From Alphaproteobacteria bacterium (GTDB lineage: Bacteria > Pseudomonadota > Alphaproteobacteria > M2410), in assembly GCA_965248915.1 (NCBI GenBank), contig OZ252216.1, positions 3,349,889-3,413,888 of the forward strand: a stretch of 64,000 nucleotides of DNA. The letters are read 5' to 3'. Positions 56,933-64,000 of the stretch are shown here, one piece after another; position 1 is the first letter of the stretch; every line of letters begins with the position of its first letter. The position numbers and the translations under genes were made by a program. The notes beneath the pieces are model-generated. The model saw nothing but the letters and a program-made list of their open reading frames with translations, did no database searches and was not told the DNA's origin.

Positions 56933-57787
56933 ATGACACGGAAAAAGATCGCCATTGATGCATGGGCAACATATGTCAGCCCTGAAGGGGCGACGCGGTG
57001 GCCGGAAGAGTTCATTCACATCTTCAATAAGTACCGATCACCCAAAATCATGACAGAAGGTCAACCGGTTGAAAATATGATTGCGGAAATGGACGAGGCC
57101 GGGGTCGATAAGATCATCTTGTCCTCGTTTTATTACAAAGGCGATCCGGTCATGACCAATGAGGAAGTCTCAGTTCTGGCCAAAGACTATCCTGACCGAT
57201 TCATTCCGGCCGGAACCGTCAACGTCATGGACAAACCGATGAAGGTTGCGGCAGACGTGGAGTATCTAGTCAAGGAACTTGGCATGTGCTGCATTCGGCT
57301 TGAGCCCTACATGTATGGAGACGGCATGACCGGGCTGGCGCCGAACGACAAGCACTACTGGCCGGTTTACATTAAGTGCTCTGAGCTGGGTGTGCCGGTA
57401 GCTCTACAGGTTGGTCATACAGGACCCCTGCTTCCGTCGGAATGTGGGCGGCCCATCTATCTCGACGAAGTGGCGCTTGCCTTCCCTGATCTCACAATCA
57501 TCGGCTGTCATCTCGGTCAACCTTGGCATGAAGAGATGATGACCCTGGCCTGGAAGCATCCCAATGTCTACGTTGAAACTTCTGCGCGGGGTCCACGGCA
57601 ATGGCCACAGAACTTCATCGAGTACGTCAAGTCTTGGGGGCAAGACAAGGTGATTTGGGCCACTGACTACCCGCTACTTACTTTCGACCGTACCTTGAGC
57701 GAGCTTGAGGATTTGGGTGTGTCAGATGAGATCTATCGCAAGGTCACCCGCGACAACCTCATTCGCGCCTTTGGATTGGATCTTTAG
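56933..57787 (+). CDS. amidohydrolase_2 (ACMSD/LigI-like) family metal-dependent hydrolase
   Basis: IAIDAWATY N-terminus, GCHLGQPWHEE and IWATDYPL motifs. Confidence 0.75.
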   Translation: MTRKKIAIDAWATYVSPEGATRWPEEFIHIFNKYRSPKIMTEGQPVENMIAEMDEAGVDKIILSSFYYKGDPVMTNEEVSVLAKDYPDRFIPAGTVNVMDKPMKVAADVEYLVKELGMCCIRLEPYMYGDGMTGLAPNDKHYWPVYIKCSELGVPVALQVGHTGPLLPSECGRPIYLDEVALAFPDLTIIGCHLGQPWHEEMMTLAWKHPNVYVETSARGPRQWPQNFIEYVKSWGQDKVIWATDYPLLTFDRTLSELEDLGVSDEIYRKVTRDNLIRAFGLDL

Positions 57788-57790
57788 GAG

Positions 57791-58225
57791 ATGGGCGTAC
57801 AAGGACTACTTGCCACAATACCTTACGTTGTCTGGCACGAGATTGAGGTGCTTGAGGAGAGCGAGATCGCGTTTGAGATGCGCCTCAGGAATCGTCCGGA
57901 AGTGCATAACTATGTGGGAACCATGCATGCTGGAGCACTCTACACTCTGGCTGAAACGGTGGCGGGAGTGGCGGCCGACAGGTTTGCAGGCGATCAGAAT
58001 GCTTTCATTTTGTTGCGGGACGCAAGTGTTCACTACACCCGCAGGGCGGAAGGGGATATTATTGCTCGATCATTCATCGACCCTTCTAATCTCCGTACTG
58101 CCACAGATGAAATGAAGGAAAATGGTCGGGCTATTATACAGGTGAGTATTTCGGCCCGCGACACCTCCGGCGAAACGGTGTTTGAGGGATCATTTACATA
58201 CGCATTGAGACCGAGGAAACAATGA
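57791..58225 (+). CDS. PaaI/YiiD-like hotdog-fold thioesterase
   Basis: 144 aa. HNYVGTMHAGALYTLAETVAGVAA matches the PaaI-type motif region. Confidence 0.7.
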   Translation: MGVQGLLATIPYVVWHEIEVLEESEIAFEMRLRNRPEVHNYVGTMHAGALYTLAETVAGVAADRFAGDQNAFILLRDASVHYTRRAEGDIIARSFIDPSNLRTATDEMKENGRAIIQVSISARDTSGETVFEGSFTYALRPRKQ

Positions 58226-59001
58226 GTGACAAGCTGTTACAAGAAGTCGATGCGGGCGTTCTGACGTTGACTTTGAACCGTCCAGACAAACTCAACGCAA
58301 TCGACTTTGAACTACTTGACGATTTGGTTGCCGCATTGGAAAGAGCTGGAGACGATTCGGAAGTTGGTGCAATCGTATTGGCCGGAGCAGGAAAAGTCTT
58401 TTGCGCGGGCGCTGACATCGGTCAAATGGTAGATCGATCACCAGGTGAGTGGGAGGCGATTGTCGATCACTATCTCGACCCCATCCGATTGATCTCCACC
58501 ATCGAAAAACCGGTGATTGCGCGTTGCCACGGCAATGTGGTTGGCGGTGGGTTAGGGCTTGCTTTAGCCAGCGACTTTAGGATCGGCGCTGAGGGCTCTC
58601 GATACTGCGCACCCTTTATCAAGCTGGCGCTGGCCGGCTGCGATATGTCGGCTGGGTATTTTCTGCCACGACTTGTTGGACTCGGGTCTGCCACCGATAT
58701 GATGATGACCGGTCGCTTCGTTGAGGCTGAGGAGGCTGTGCAAATCGGTCTGATCTCGCGGTTGGTTCCTGAGGTGGATCTCAATGCGGCTGTGATGGAA
58801 TTGGCGGCGAGCTTCGCTCAGGGCCCGAAGGAAGCGATTGGATTTACCAAGAAGGCAATCCGCCGATCGCTCGATCGCGATATGGCCGGAGAATTCGATT
58901 ACGAGATCTACGCTCAAGTGCAATGCCTGCAAAGCGATGAACACAAGGAAGGTGTGGCGGCCTTTCTGGAACGACGTGCGCCGAATTTCGGCACGCGTTA
59001 G
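58222..59001 (+). CDS. enoyl-CoA hydratase/isomerase (crotonase) family
   Basis: VLTLTLNRPDKLNAI and IVLAGAGKVFCAGADI. 4-bp overlap with the thioesterase gene. Confidence 0.88.
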   Translation: MSDKLLQEVDAGVLTLTLNRPDKLNAIDFELLDDLVAALERAGDDSEVGAIVLAGAGKVFCAGADIGQMVDRSPGEWEAIVDHYLDPIRLISTIEKPVIARCHGNVVGGGLGLALASDFRIGAEGSRYCAPFIKLALAGCDMSAGYFLPRLVGLGSATDMMMTGRFVEAEEAVQIGLISRLVPEVDLNAAVMELAASFAQGPKEAIGFTKKAIRRSLDRDMAGEFDYEIYAQVQCLQSDEHKEGVAAFLERRAPNFGTR

Positions 59002-59010
59002 GAAAACACC

Positions 59011-60153
59011 ATGAATGACCCGACTTTGAGTGAAGAGCAAAACCAGTTTCGCGACAGCGTAAGACTATTCGTCAACAAAGAAATCTTACCTCACGCCACG
59101 AAATGGGATTTGGCTGAAAGGTATCCGCAGGAGCTTTTCAAAATATTTGGCGATCTTGGATGGCTGGGTGTTTCATTTCCAGAAGAGTATGGTGGCTCAG
59201 GCGGCGGTTCGGTTCTTTACGCCATCTTGAACCGTGAACTTGCACGCGGGTCTGCTGCGGTCTGTTTGGGGCTTTACGTGCATACGGCACTGGCAGCGTC
59301 GGCTATTCTGCATTTAGGAACAGAGAACCAAAGGAAACACTATTTGCCGCCCCTAATGAAAGGTGTGAAGGTCGGATGTTGGGCATATGCCGAGCCCGGC
59401 GCCGGCGCTGACGTCTCGAGCGCGCGTCTGCGAGCGACGCGCGACGGCGATGAGTATGTCCTATCTGGAACGAAAATGTATATTACCAATGCGCCGTTTG
59501 CCGATCTCATGATTGTGGTGGCGGCGACAAAGCCTGACGCGGGTCTCAAAGGGTTATCCCTTTTCATGGTTGAGGCGGGGACTGAAGGCGTCACCGTCAA
59601 TGCGCCGCTGAAGAAACTCGGCATGGGCGCGTCCGAGATGGCGGAGATCGTATTTGAGAATGCGCATGTTCCGGAATCAGCGCGGCTTGGGCCGGAAGAA
59701 GGTGGGTTTTTTCAGGCGCTGCGCGTTTTGACACTCGGTCGAATCGCGAGTGCTGGACTTGGTGTCGGTCTTGGGACTGCAGCACTGGAAACGGCGCAAG
59801 GCTACACGAGCGAGCGCGTTCAATTCGGCAAGCCGCTCGCCAAACAACAGTTCGTCCGCTTCACCTTGGCGGAGATGGTGACACGGCTTGAGGCAGCCTG
59901 GCAATTGACCTTACATACGGCACGGCTTGTTGACGCCGGCGAACCTCATGACAAAGAAGCTTCTATGGCCAAGCTCTTTGCGACGGAGGCGTGTACCTGG
60001 ACTTGCGAACGCGCACTGCACCTATGTGGTGCGCAAGGCTACATGAGGGAGAGCCCGGCACAGCGCTTTTACCGAGACTGCAAGGTGCTCGAAATTGGCG
60101 AGGGTACAAGTGAAATTCAGCGCGAGACCATAGCTCGACATTTGGGAGTATAA
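59011..60153 (+). CDS. acyl-CoA dehydrogenase
   Basis: AYAEPGAGADV, YITNAP and C-terminal EIGEGTSEIQRETIARHLG. Confidence 0.92.
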   Translation: MNDPTLSEEQNQFRDSVRLFVNKEILPHATKWDLAERYPQELFKIFGDLGWLGVSFPEEYGGSGGGSVLYAILNRELARGSAAVCLGLYVHTALAASAILHLGTENQRKHYLPPLMKGVKVGCWAYAEPGAGADVSSARLRATRDGDEYVLSGTKMYITNAPFADLMIVVAATKPDAGLKGLSLFMVEAGTEGVTVNAPLKKLGMGASEMAEIVFENAHVPESARLGPEEGGFFQALRVLTLGRIASAGLGVGLGTAALETAQGYTSERVQFGKPLAKQQFVRFTLAEMVTRLEAAWQLTLHTARLVDAGEPHDKEASMAKLFATEACTWTCERALHLCGAQGYMRESPAQRFYRDCKVLEIGEGTSEIQRETIARHLGV

Positions 60154-60156
60154 GTC

Positions 60157-60771
60157 ATGGGCGTAAGTGAACGGCGACAGCGAGAAAGGCAAGCGCGGCG
60201 ATCTTCAGTGATCGATGCGGCGCGCGGTTTACTGCTTGAGAAGGGCTTCAATGGCGCCACGACGAAACAAATCGCCGAAAGATGCGAACTTTCCGAAGCA
60301 ACACTGTTCTTTTACTTCAAAAACAAGGATGAAATCCTGAGTTCAATTCTGTTTGAGAGCATTGATTTTTGGGCGGAAGGGTTCAACAAAGTAGCTGGCG
60401 CCAAACTCCAACCCGATAATAAGCTGGCGCGGCTTTGGAAGTTTTTCAAGAAGGTGAGAGAGGAGCATCCTGAATACTTTTTTGTCTCCGCTTATCTAGC
60501 TCGACCGTATGCCATGGCAGATGTGTCGGACGAAATAAAGAACAAGATCGTGGATAAGTCCGGTGAGAATTTCCAAAGATTGGCTGCGATCTTGGAAGAC
60601 ATTACGGGTCGTAGCGATGGACGCATAATGGCGGATTTCGTGTGGTCAACCTTCTTAGGTCTCATGGTTTTGCGGGATTCCCGCGATAATCTTAACTCGA
60701 CGCCGCACCCGAGCGATCGGGATCTTGTTGCCATTTTCGATATGTTGAAAACGAGTATTTTGGCGCGCTGA
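60157..60771 (+). CDS. TetR-family transcriptional regulator
   Basis: VIDAARGLLLEKGFNGATTKQIAERCELSEATLFFYFKNKDEIL HTH region. Confidence 0.85.
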   Translation: MGVSERRQRERQARRSSVIDAARGLLLEKGFNGATTKQIAERCELSEATLFFYFKNKDEILSSILFESIDFWAEGFNKVAGAKLQPDNKLARLWKFFKKVREEHPEYFFVSAYLARPYAMADVSDEIKNKIVDKSGENFQRLAAILEDITGRSDGRIMADFVWSTFLGLMVLRDSRDNLNSTPHPSDRDLVAIFDMLKTSILAR

Positions 60772-60785
60772 ACTGGAGATATGAG

Positions 60786-61832
60786 ATGAGTGAAATGATG
60801 GCAGCCCGACTTATTGCACCCGGCGAACCGCTCCGAGTTGAGTCTGTTCCCATTCCGGAACCGGTCAGCGGCGAAGTGTTGGTCAAGGTCAGCGCCTGCG
60901 GTCTCTGTGGCACAGATATTCACTTGGCCATTGATGGGGACATTCCCGTTGAGCGCACTCCAATCACTCTTGGTCATGAATCGGCGGGTACCATCACGTC
61001 TTTGGGCGAAGATGTCGATGACTTTGCAATAGGAGACCGCGTTGCGCTTTTCCCATCGGCCAATTGTGGCGTTTGCGACTATTGCCAGGCGGGAAGACAG
61101 TCTCTTTGCGACCGGTCACGGGTCTATGGTATGGCTCGCGATGGCGGTCTTGCACAATACGTAACTGCGCCAGCACATTCATTGATCCGGATCCCAGATT
61201 CAGTTTCCTTCGAGATTGCAGCGATCATCACAGACGGCGTTTCGACGCCGTTTCATGCACTGAGGGACCGGGGAAATTTGCGGCCAGACGAAAGTGTTGC
61301 GGTTGTCGGATGTGGTGGCCTTGGCACCCATGCAATCATGTTGGCTAGACTACTAGGCGCGGGTAGAATCGTCGCTATTGATGTGCAGCAACCTGCACTT
61401 GAGCGAGCCTTGGCGCTTGGAGCGGATCTTGCCATCAACCCAATGGAACAGGATCCAGCAAAAACCATCCGTAGCGAGCTTGGAATTCGGGGTGTCGATC
61501 TAGCACTTGAATTTGTCGGTGCGGCGAGAACTGCTGAGACGGCCATGAGTGTTTTGGGTAAGTCCGGGCGTGCCGTTTTGGTTGGTGTTGGAATGGAGCG
61601 GCCATCCTTGCCGCCGCTCTTGCGATTTGTCGGCATGGAACAAACGATTCTCGGTTCGTTTGGTATGAACAAACAGGACATTGAAGACTTGCTCGCTCTT
61701 GTTGATGAAGGAAGACTCGATCTGTCGCAATCGGTCTCTGCCAAATTTCCATTGAACAATGTCAATGATGCTCTGGCGACACTCGTGCGCAAAGAAGTTG
61801 GTGTTGTCCGGGTGGTTGTGGAGCCCAATTAA
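60786..61832 (+). CDS. zinc-dependent alcohol dehydrogenase (MDR family)
   Basis: CGLCGTDIH, GHESAGTITSLGEDV, a structural-Zn cluster CGVCDYCQAGRQSLC and GCGGLG. Confidence 0.88.
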   Translation: MSEMMAARLIAPGEPLRVESVPIPEPVSGEVLVKVSACGLCGTDIHLAIDGDIPVERTPITLGHESAGTITSLGEDVDDFAIGDRVALFPSANCGVCDYCQAGRQSLCDRSRVYGMARDGGLAQYVTAPAHSLIRIPDSVSFEIAAIITDGVSTPFHALRDRGNLRPDESVAVVGCGGLGTHAIMLARLLGAGRIVAIDVQQPALERALALGADLAINPMEQDPAKTIRSELGIRGVDLALEFVGAARTAETAMSVLGKSGRAVLVGVGMERPSLPPLLRFVGMEQTILGSFGMNKQDIEDLLALVDEGRLDLSQSVSAKFPLNNVNDALATLVRKEVGVVRVVVEPN

Positions 61833-61992
61833 GGTCTATACCCCTTCTCGCTAGAAACTCATTTTGGTGACAATGGTAGGTCTACGATTGGCCGCTAGGA
61901 TCCCTGGTTCGTTCGACCTGTTTCCAGATCTTGAGAACAGGGAATTGCACTCTTGTTCGAATTCCAACCCTTTGAACGAGGAGGAGACACTT

Positions 61993-62217
61993 ATGACATC
62001 TGAGAAGAAGACAGCAAAGAAGGGCAATTTTGAACTTTCTGCTGAAAAGAGCCCTGTCGAGATACTTGGAGCTGTTACCAAAATGGGAGCGGATATTAGA
62101 CAAGGAAGGCTCTCGCCTCTTGAGATATGCTTCACAAGTAGCGCGACCGCAATGAGTGTTAAGAATCTGAACGTTCTAGATACCAGACAAGGGTCTGTCG
62201 TTATCGGCGGTGACTAG
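61993..62217 (+). CDS. hypothetical small protein (74 aa)
   Basis: ATG preceded by a GAGGAGGAGA Shine-Dalgarno sequence. No recognisable motif. The ORF track lists a longer TTG-initiated version from 61864. Confidence 0.3.
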   Translation: MTSEKKTAKKGNFELSAEKSPVEILGAVTKMGADIRQGRLSPLEICFTSSATAMSVKNLNVLDTRQGSVVIGGD

Positions 62218-62516
62218 TGAGATAATTGGACTGCAAACAGCCGTCTACTCACTCTGACTTTTGAAGACAAGAATAGGCTGGTACTTGCGCGCTTTGTCAA
62301 ATTTACCGGCAGCGTCTATGAGACTTGTTCACACGATGGGTGGCGAAGAGAAGACGGGAGAAAAGGTAAAACAGCGGCCAATGCATCTTTGTTGTAGAGT
62401 GGCTATTCGTGCGATTGTCATTGCAAAACTGGGCATTGTATCACTCAGGCATCGAAGACCATTCGATTTTCTCGGCATCTACTTTTTGCTAAGCTCACAA
62501 CTTCAATTCTCTCCAG

Positions 62517-62681
62517 TCACTCATGTTTCAGGGCGTGTACAGGATTTGCTGTTGCGGCGCGCACGGCATGTATCGCAACTGTGCCATTTGCAATCAACAA
62601 CGCAAATACTGCACCACCGAGGAATGGCCACAGAGTCAGATCAATTCGATAGGCAAACCCCGAAAGCCATGTCTTTCCCCC
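62517..62681 (-). pseudogene. C-terminal remnant (about 50 aa) of an FtsX/MacB-type ABC permease
   Basis: Reverse frame reads KTWLSGFAYRIDLTLWPFLGGAVFALLIANGTVAIHAVRAATANPVHALKHE*. This matches the last TM helix and the conserved ...A..NPV.AL+.E terminus of FtsX-like permeases. No upstream part is present. Confidence 0.5.
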
Positions 62682-62727
62682 TTATAACTGATCCACGAGA
62701 TTCGTGATATTCTAGTTATGTGGAGGT

Positions 62728-63021
62728 ATGGGAATGGCGAGGAAACGGTTTTCAGAAGAAGCTATATTGGGTCTGCTGCGGCAGATTGAGTTGAGTTTGA
62801 CCTCTGGTGGTGACGTGAAGTCGGCCTGTCGATCCGTTGGGGTAAGCGAAGCGACATACTACAATTGGCGGCGCCGGTTTGGTTGTATGAGCAAGTCCCA
62901 GCTTCAGGAATTGAAGTCTCTGGAGAAAGAGAATGTCCGGCTTAAGAAGATTGTTGCTGACCTTGAGTTGGACAAGTTGATCCTGAGGGAAAGTCTTGAT
63001 TACCTAAAGCCGAAGGTCTGA
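62728..63021 (+). CDS. IS3-family transposase OrfA (HTH plus leucine zipper)
   Basis: ARKRFSEEAILGLL...SVGVSEATYYNWRRRFG...LKSLEKENVRLKKIVADLELDKLILRE matches the IS3 OrfA pattern. Confidence 0.85.
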   Translation: MGMARKRFSEEAILGLLRQIELSLTSGGDVKSACRSVGVSEATYYNWRRRFGCMSKSQLQELKSLEKENVRLKKIVADLELDKLILRESLDYLKPKV

Positions 63022-63053
63022 CGATTGCCGATCTGCGTCAGGCTGTAATCCAG

Positions 63054-63803
63054 GTGCGTCAGAAGTTCGGATCATCCGAGCGGCGGACGTGCAGAACGAT
63101 CGGCGTGGCACGGTCCACACAGCGTTATGAGGCAACAGCGGAAGATGATGACAGCCTGCGGCTGGCATTGATCCGACTGGCAAAGCAGTACGGTCGTTAT
63201 GGCTACAGGAAGATTGCCGCACTGCTTCGCGTTGAAGGCTGGAAGGTCAATCACAAGAAGGTAGAAAGGCTTTGGAGAGAAGAAGGTCTCCAGATGCCTC
63301 AGCGACACAAGAAACGCAAGCGGCTTTATCACAAGGATAGTTCGATCATCCGTCTCCGCCCGAAGTATCAGAACCATATCTGGAGCATCGACTTCGTCCA
63401 TGACAAAATGACCAATGACAGGTCGTTCAAGATGCTCACCGTGCTGGACGAGTACACCCGTGAGGCCCTGTGCGTTGCAGTAAAGCCTCGAATGGGCAAT
63501 GCAGAAGTTCTGGAGGCGCTTTACCCACTCCTCCTAAGGCATGGCAAGCCTGAGTTCATCAGGTCAGACAATGGCCCAGAGTTTGTTGCAGAGAACTTCC
63601 AGACCTGGCTCACCAAGGTCGGGGTCAAGCCAATCCGCATCTATCCCGGCTCTCCCTGGGAGAACGGTTACAACGAACGCTTCAACGGCACACTGCGAAG
63701 GGAAGTCCTCAATGCAGAGTGGTCAGCACCATTAAACAGGCTCAAATCGTCATTCAGACGTGGCTCAAACAGTACAATCACATCCGCCCGCATCAATCCT
63801 TGA
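63054..63803 (+). CDS. IS3-family transposase OrfB (rve/DDE integrase core), 3' end frameshifted
   Basis: YGYRKIAALLR..., WSIDFVH (D), IRSDNGPEF (D) and GYNERFNGTLRRE (E). After ...LNAEW (about 63723) the conserved tail FSTIKQAQIVIQTWLKQYNHIRPHQSLNMRPPVPE continues in another frame to a TAG at 63848-63850, which implies a 1-nt deletion. The frame is open from 63009. Confidence 0.85.
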   Translation: MRQKFGSSERRTCRTIGVARSTQRYEATAEDDDSLRLALIRLAKQYGRYGYRKIAALLRVEGWKVNHKKVERLWREEGLQMPQRHKKRKRLYHKDSSIIRLRPKYQNHIWSIDFVHDKMTNDRSFKMLTVLDEYTREALCVAVKPRMGNAEVLEALYPLLLRHGKPEFIRSDNGPEFVAENFQTWLTKVGVKPIRIYPGSPWENGYNERFNGTLRREVLNAEWSAPLNRLKSSFRRGSNSTITSARINP

Positions 63804-63860
63804 ACATGCGTCCGCCTGTGCCGGAAACTCTAGCTAGAAGTGGTACATAGAATGGGGGCT

Positions 63861-64000
63861 TTACACGGGATCTAACGTGATTTGTTCATCGGTCGTGTCA
63901 GGGAATGTGGTTTTCGTGGGACGATCGAACCCATCATATTCAAAGAGTGTCGCATTGCCATTGGCATCTACCACCGAAATCTGGTTGCCGTTCAAGTCGT
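63861..64000 (-). pseudogene. YD/RHS-repeat protein fragment (runs off the window end; reading frame terminates inside the IS end)
   Basis: Reverse translation gives DLNGNQISVVDANGNATLFEYDGFDRPTKTTFPDTTDEQITL, which fits the YD-repeat pattern (DxxGNxxxxxYDxxxR). The last four codons (DPV*) are IS-derived. Confidence 0.45.

Larger units (their letters stand above)
62689..63872 (+). mobile_element. IS3-family insertion sequence (about 1.18 kb), with orfA plus orfB in the -1 frame
   Basis: Ends TGATCC.../...GGGATC, with a matching internal ATTCTA block 20 nt in from each end. Flanked by a TAAC direct repeat at 62685-62688 and 63873-63876. Boundaries were assigned by eye. Confidence 0.7.

Noticed and set aside
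62261-62707. 148-aa plus-strand ORF
   Set aside because: It overlaps the FtsX-like remnant encoded on the opposite strand, has no SD or motif, and ends inside the IS terminus.
62200-64000. Direct repeat of the tRNA-Ala 3' end (att-like scar) at the far island border
   Set aside because: I looked by eye for fragments of GGTTCGATTCCGTCTAGCTCCACCA and found none. No integrase gene is present either, so a classic integrase-mediated island is not supported.

Overview
A 64-kb chromosomal window, probably from an alphaproteobacterium. That guess is an inference from the gene order aroA-cmk-rpsA / ihfB-lapA / trpFBA and from the FYDLN-acid (TIGR02300) gene. Positions 1-10045 are conserved housekeeping DNA: trpA (partial), trpB, trpF, pyrF, a Y1/IS200-like transposase-like gene with a C-terminal HTH, a LapA-domain gene, ihfB, a YdjM-like membrane hydrolase, rpsA, cmk, aroA, a TIGR02300 zinc-ribbon/acidic protein and tRNA-Ala(GGC). 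The character changes directly after the tRNA. About 0.8 kb has no credible gene, followed by a decayed IS3 orfA remnant and about 50 kb of accessory catabolic genes. That block holds three TonB-dependent receptors, two MFS-superfamily transporters, four TetR regulators and two acyl-CoA ligases. It also holds five crotonases, a MaoC dehydratase, two acyl-CoA dehydrogenases and a family III CoA-transferase. Three thiolase-fold proteins are each paired with DUF35 Zn-ribbon/OB-fold proteins. Further genes encode a three-subunit xanthine-dehydrogenase-family molybdoenzyme followed by a diglycine MoaD/ThiS-like protein, an MBL-type alkylsulfatase-like protein, a TauD-family dioxygenase, an epoxide-hydrolase-like hydrolase, a nitronate-monooxygenase-family flavoenzyme, a BKACE (DUF849) enzyme and an amidohydrolase_2 enzyme. 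The block ends in gene debris (an FtsX C-terminal remnant and a YD-repeat fragment) around a nearly intact IS3-family element with a 4-bp target duplication. Four observations stand out. (1) A 14-gene, translationally coupled CoA-thioester operon (50235-61832) has a 2+2 thiolase-fold/DUF35 core whose thiolase-fold members appear, by manual alignment, to lack the nucleophilic cysteine. (2) A 44-bp element is 42/44 identical, in inverted orientation, in two divergent promoter regions 15 kb apart. It is built from TTATCRY-N-RYGATAA palindromes, and a further copy lies before the TauD gene, which suggests one regulon across several operons. (3) A MoaD-like diglycine protein overlaps the 3' end of the molybdoenzyme large subunit. 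(4) A sulfatase/TauD/epoxide-hydrolase operon is fused to a CoA-transferase/thiolase-DUF35 module. All family calls rest on motif recognition by eye. No database search or covariance model was run.
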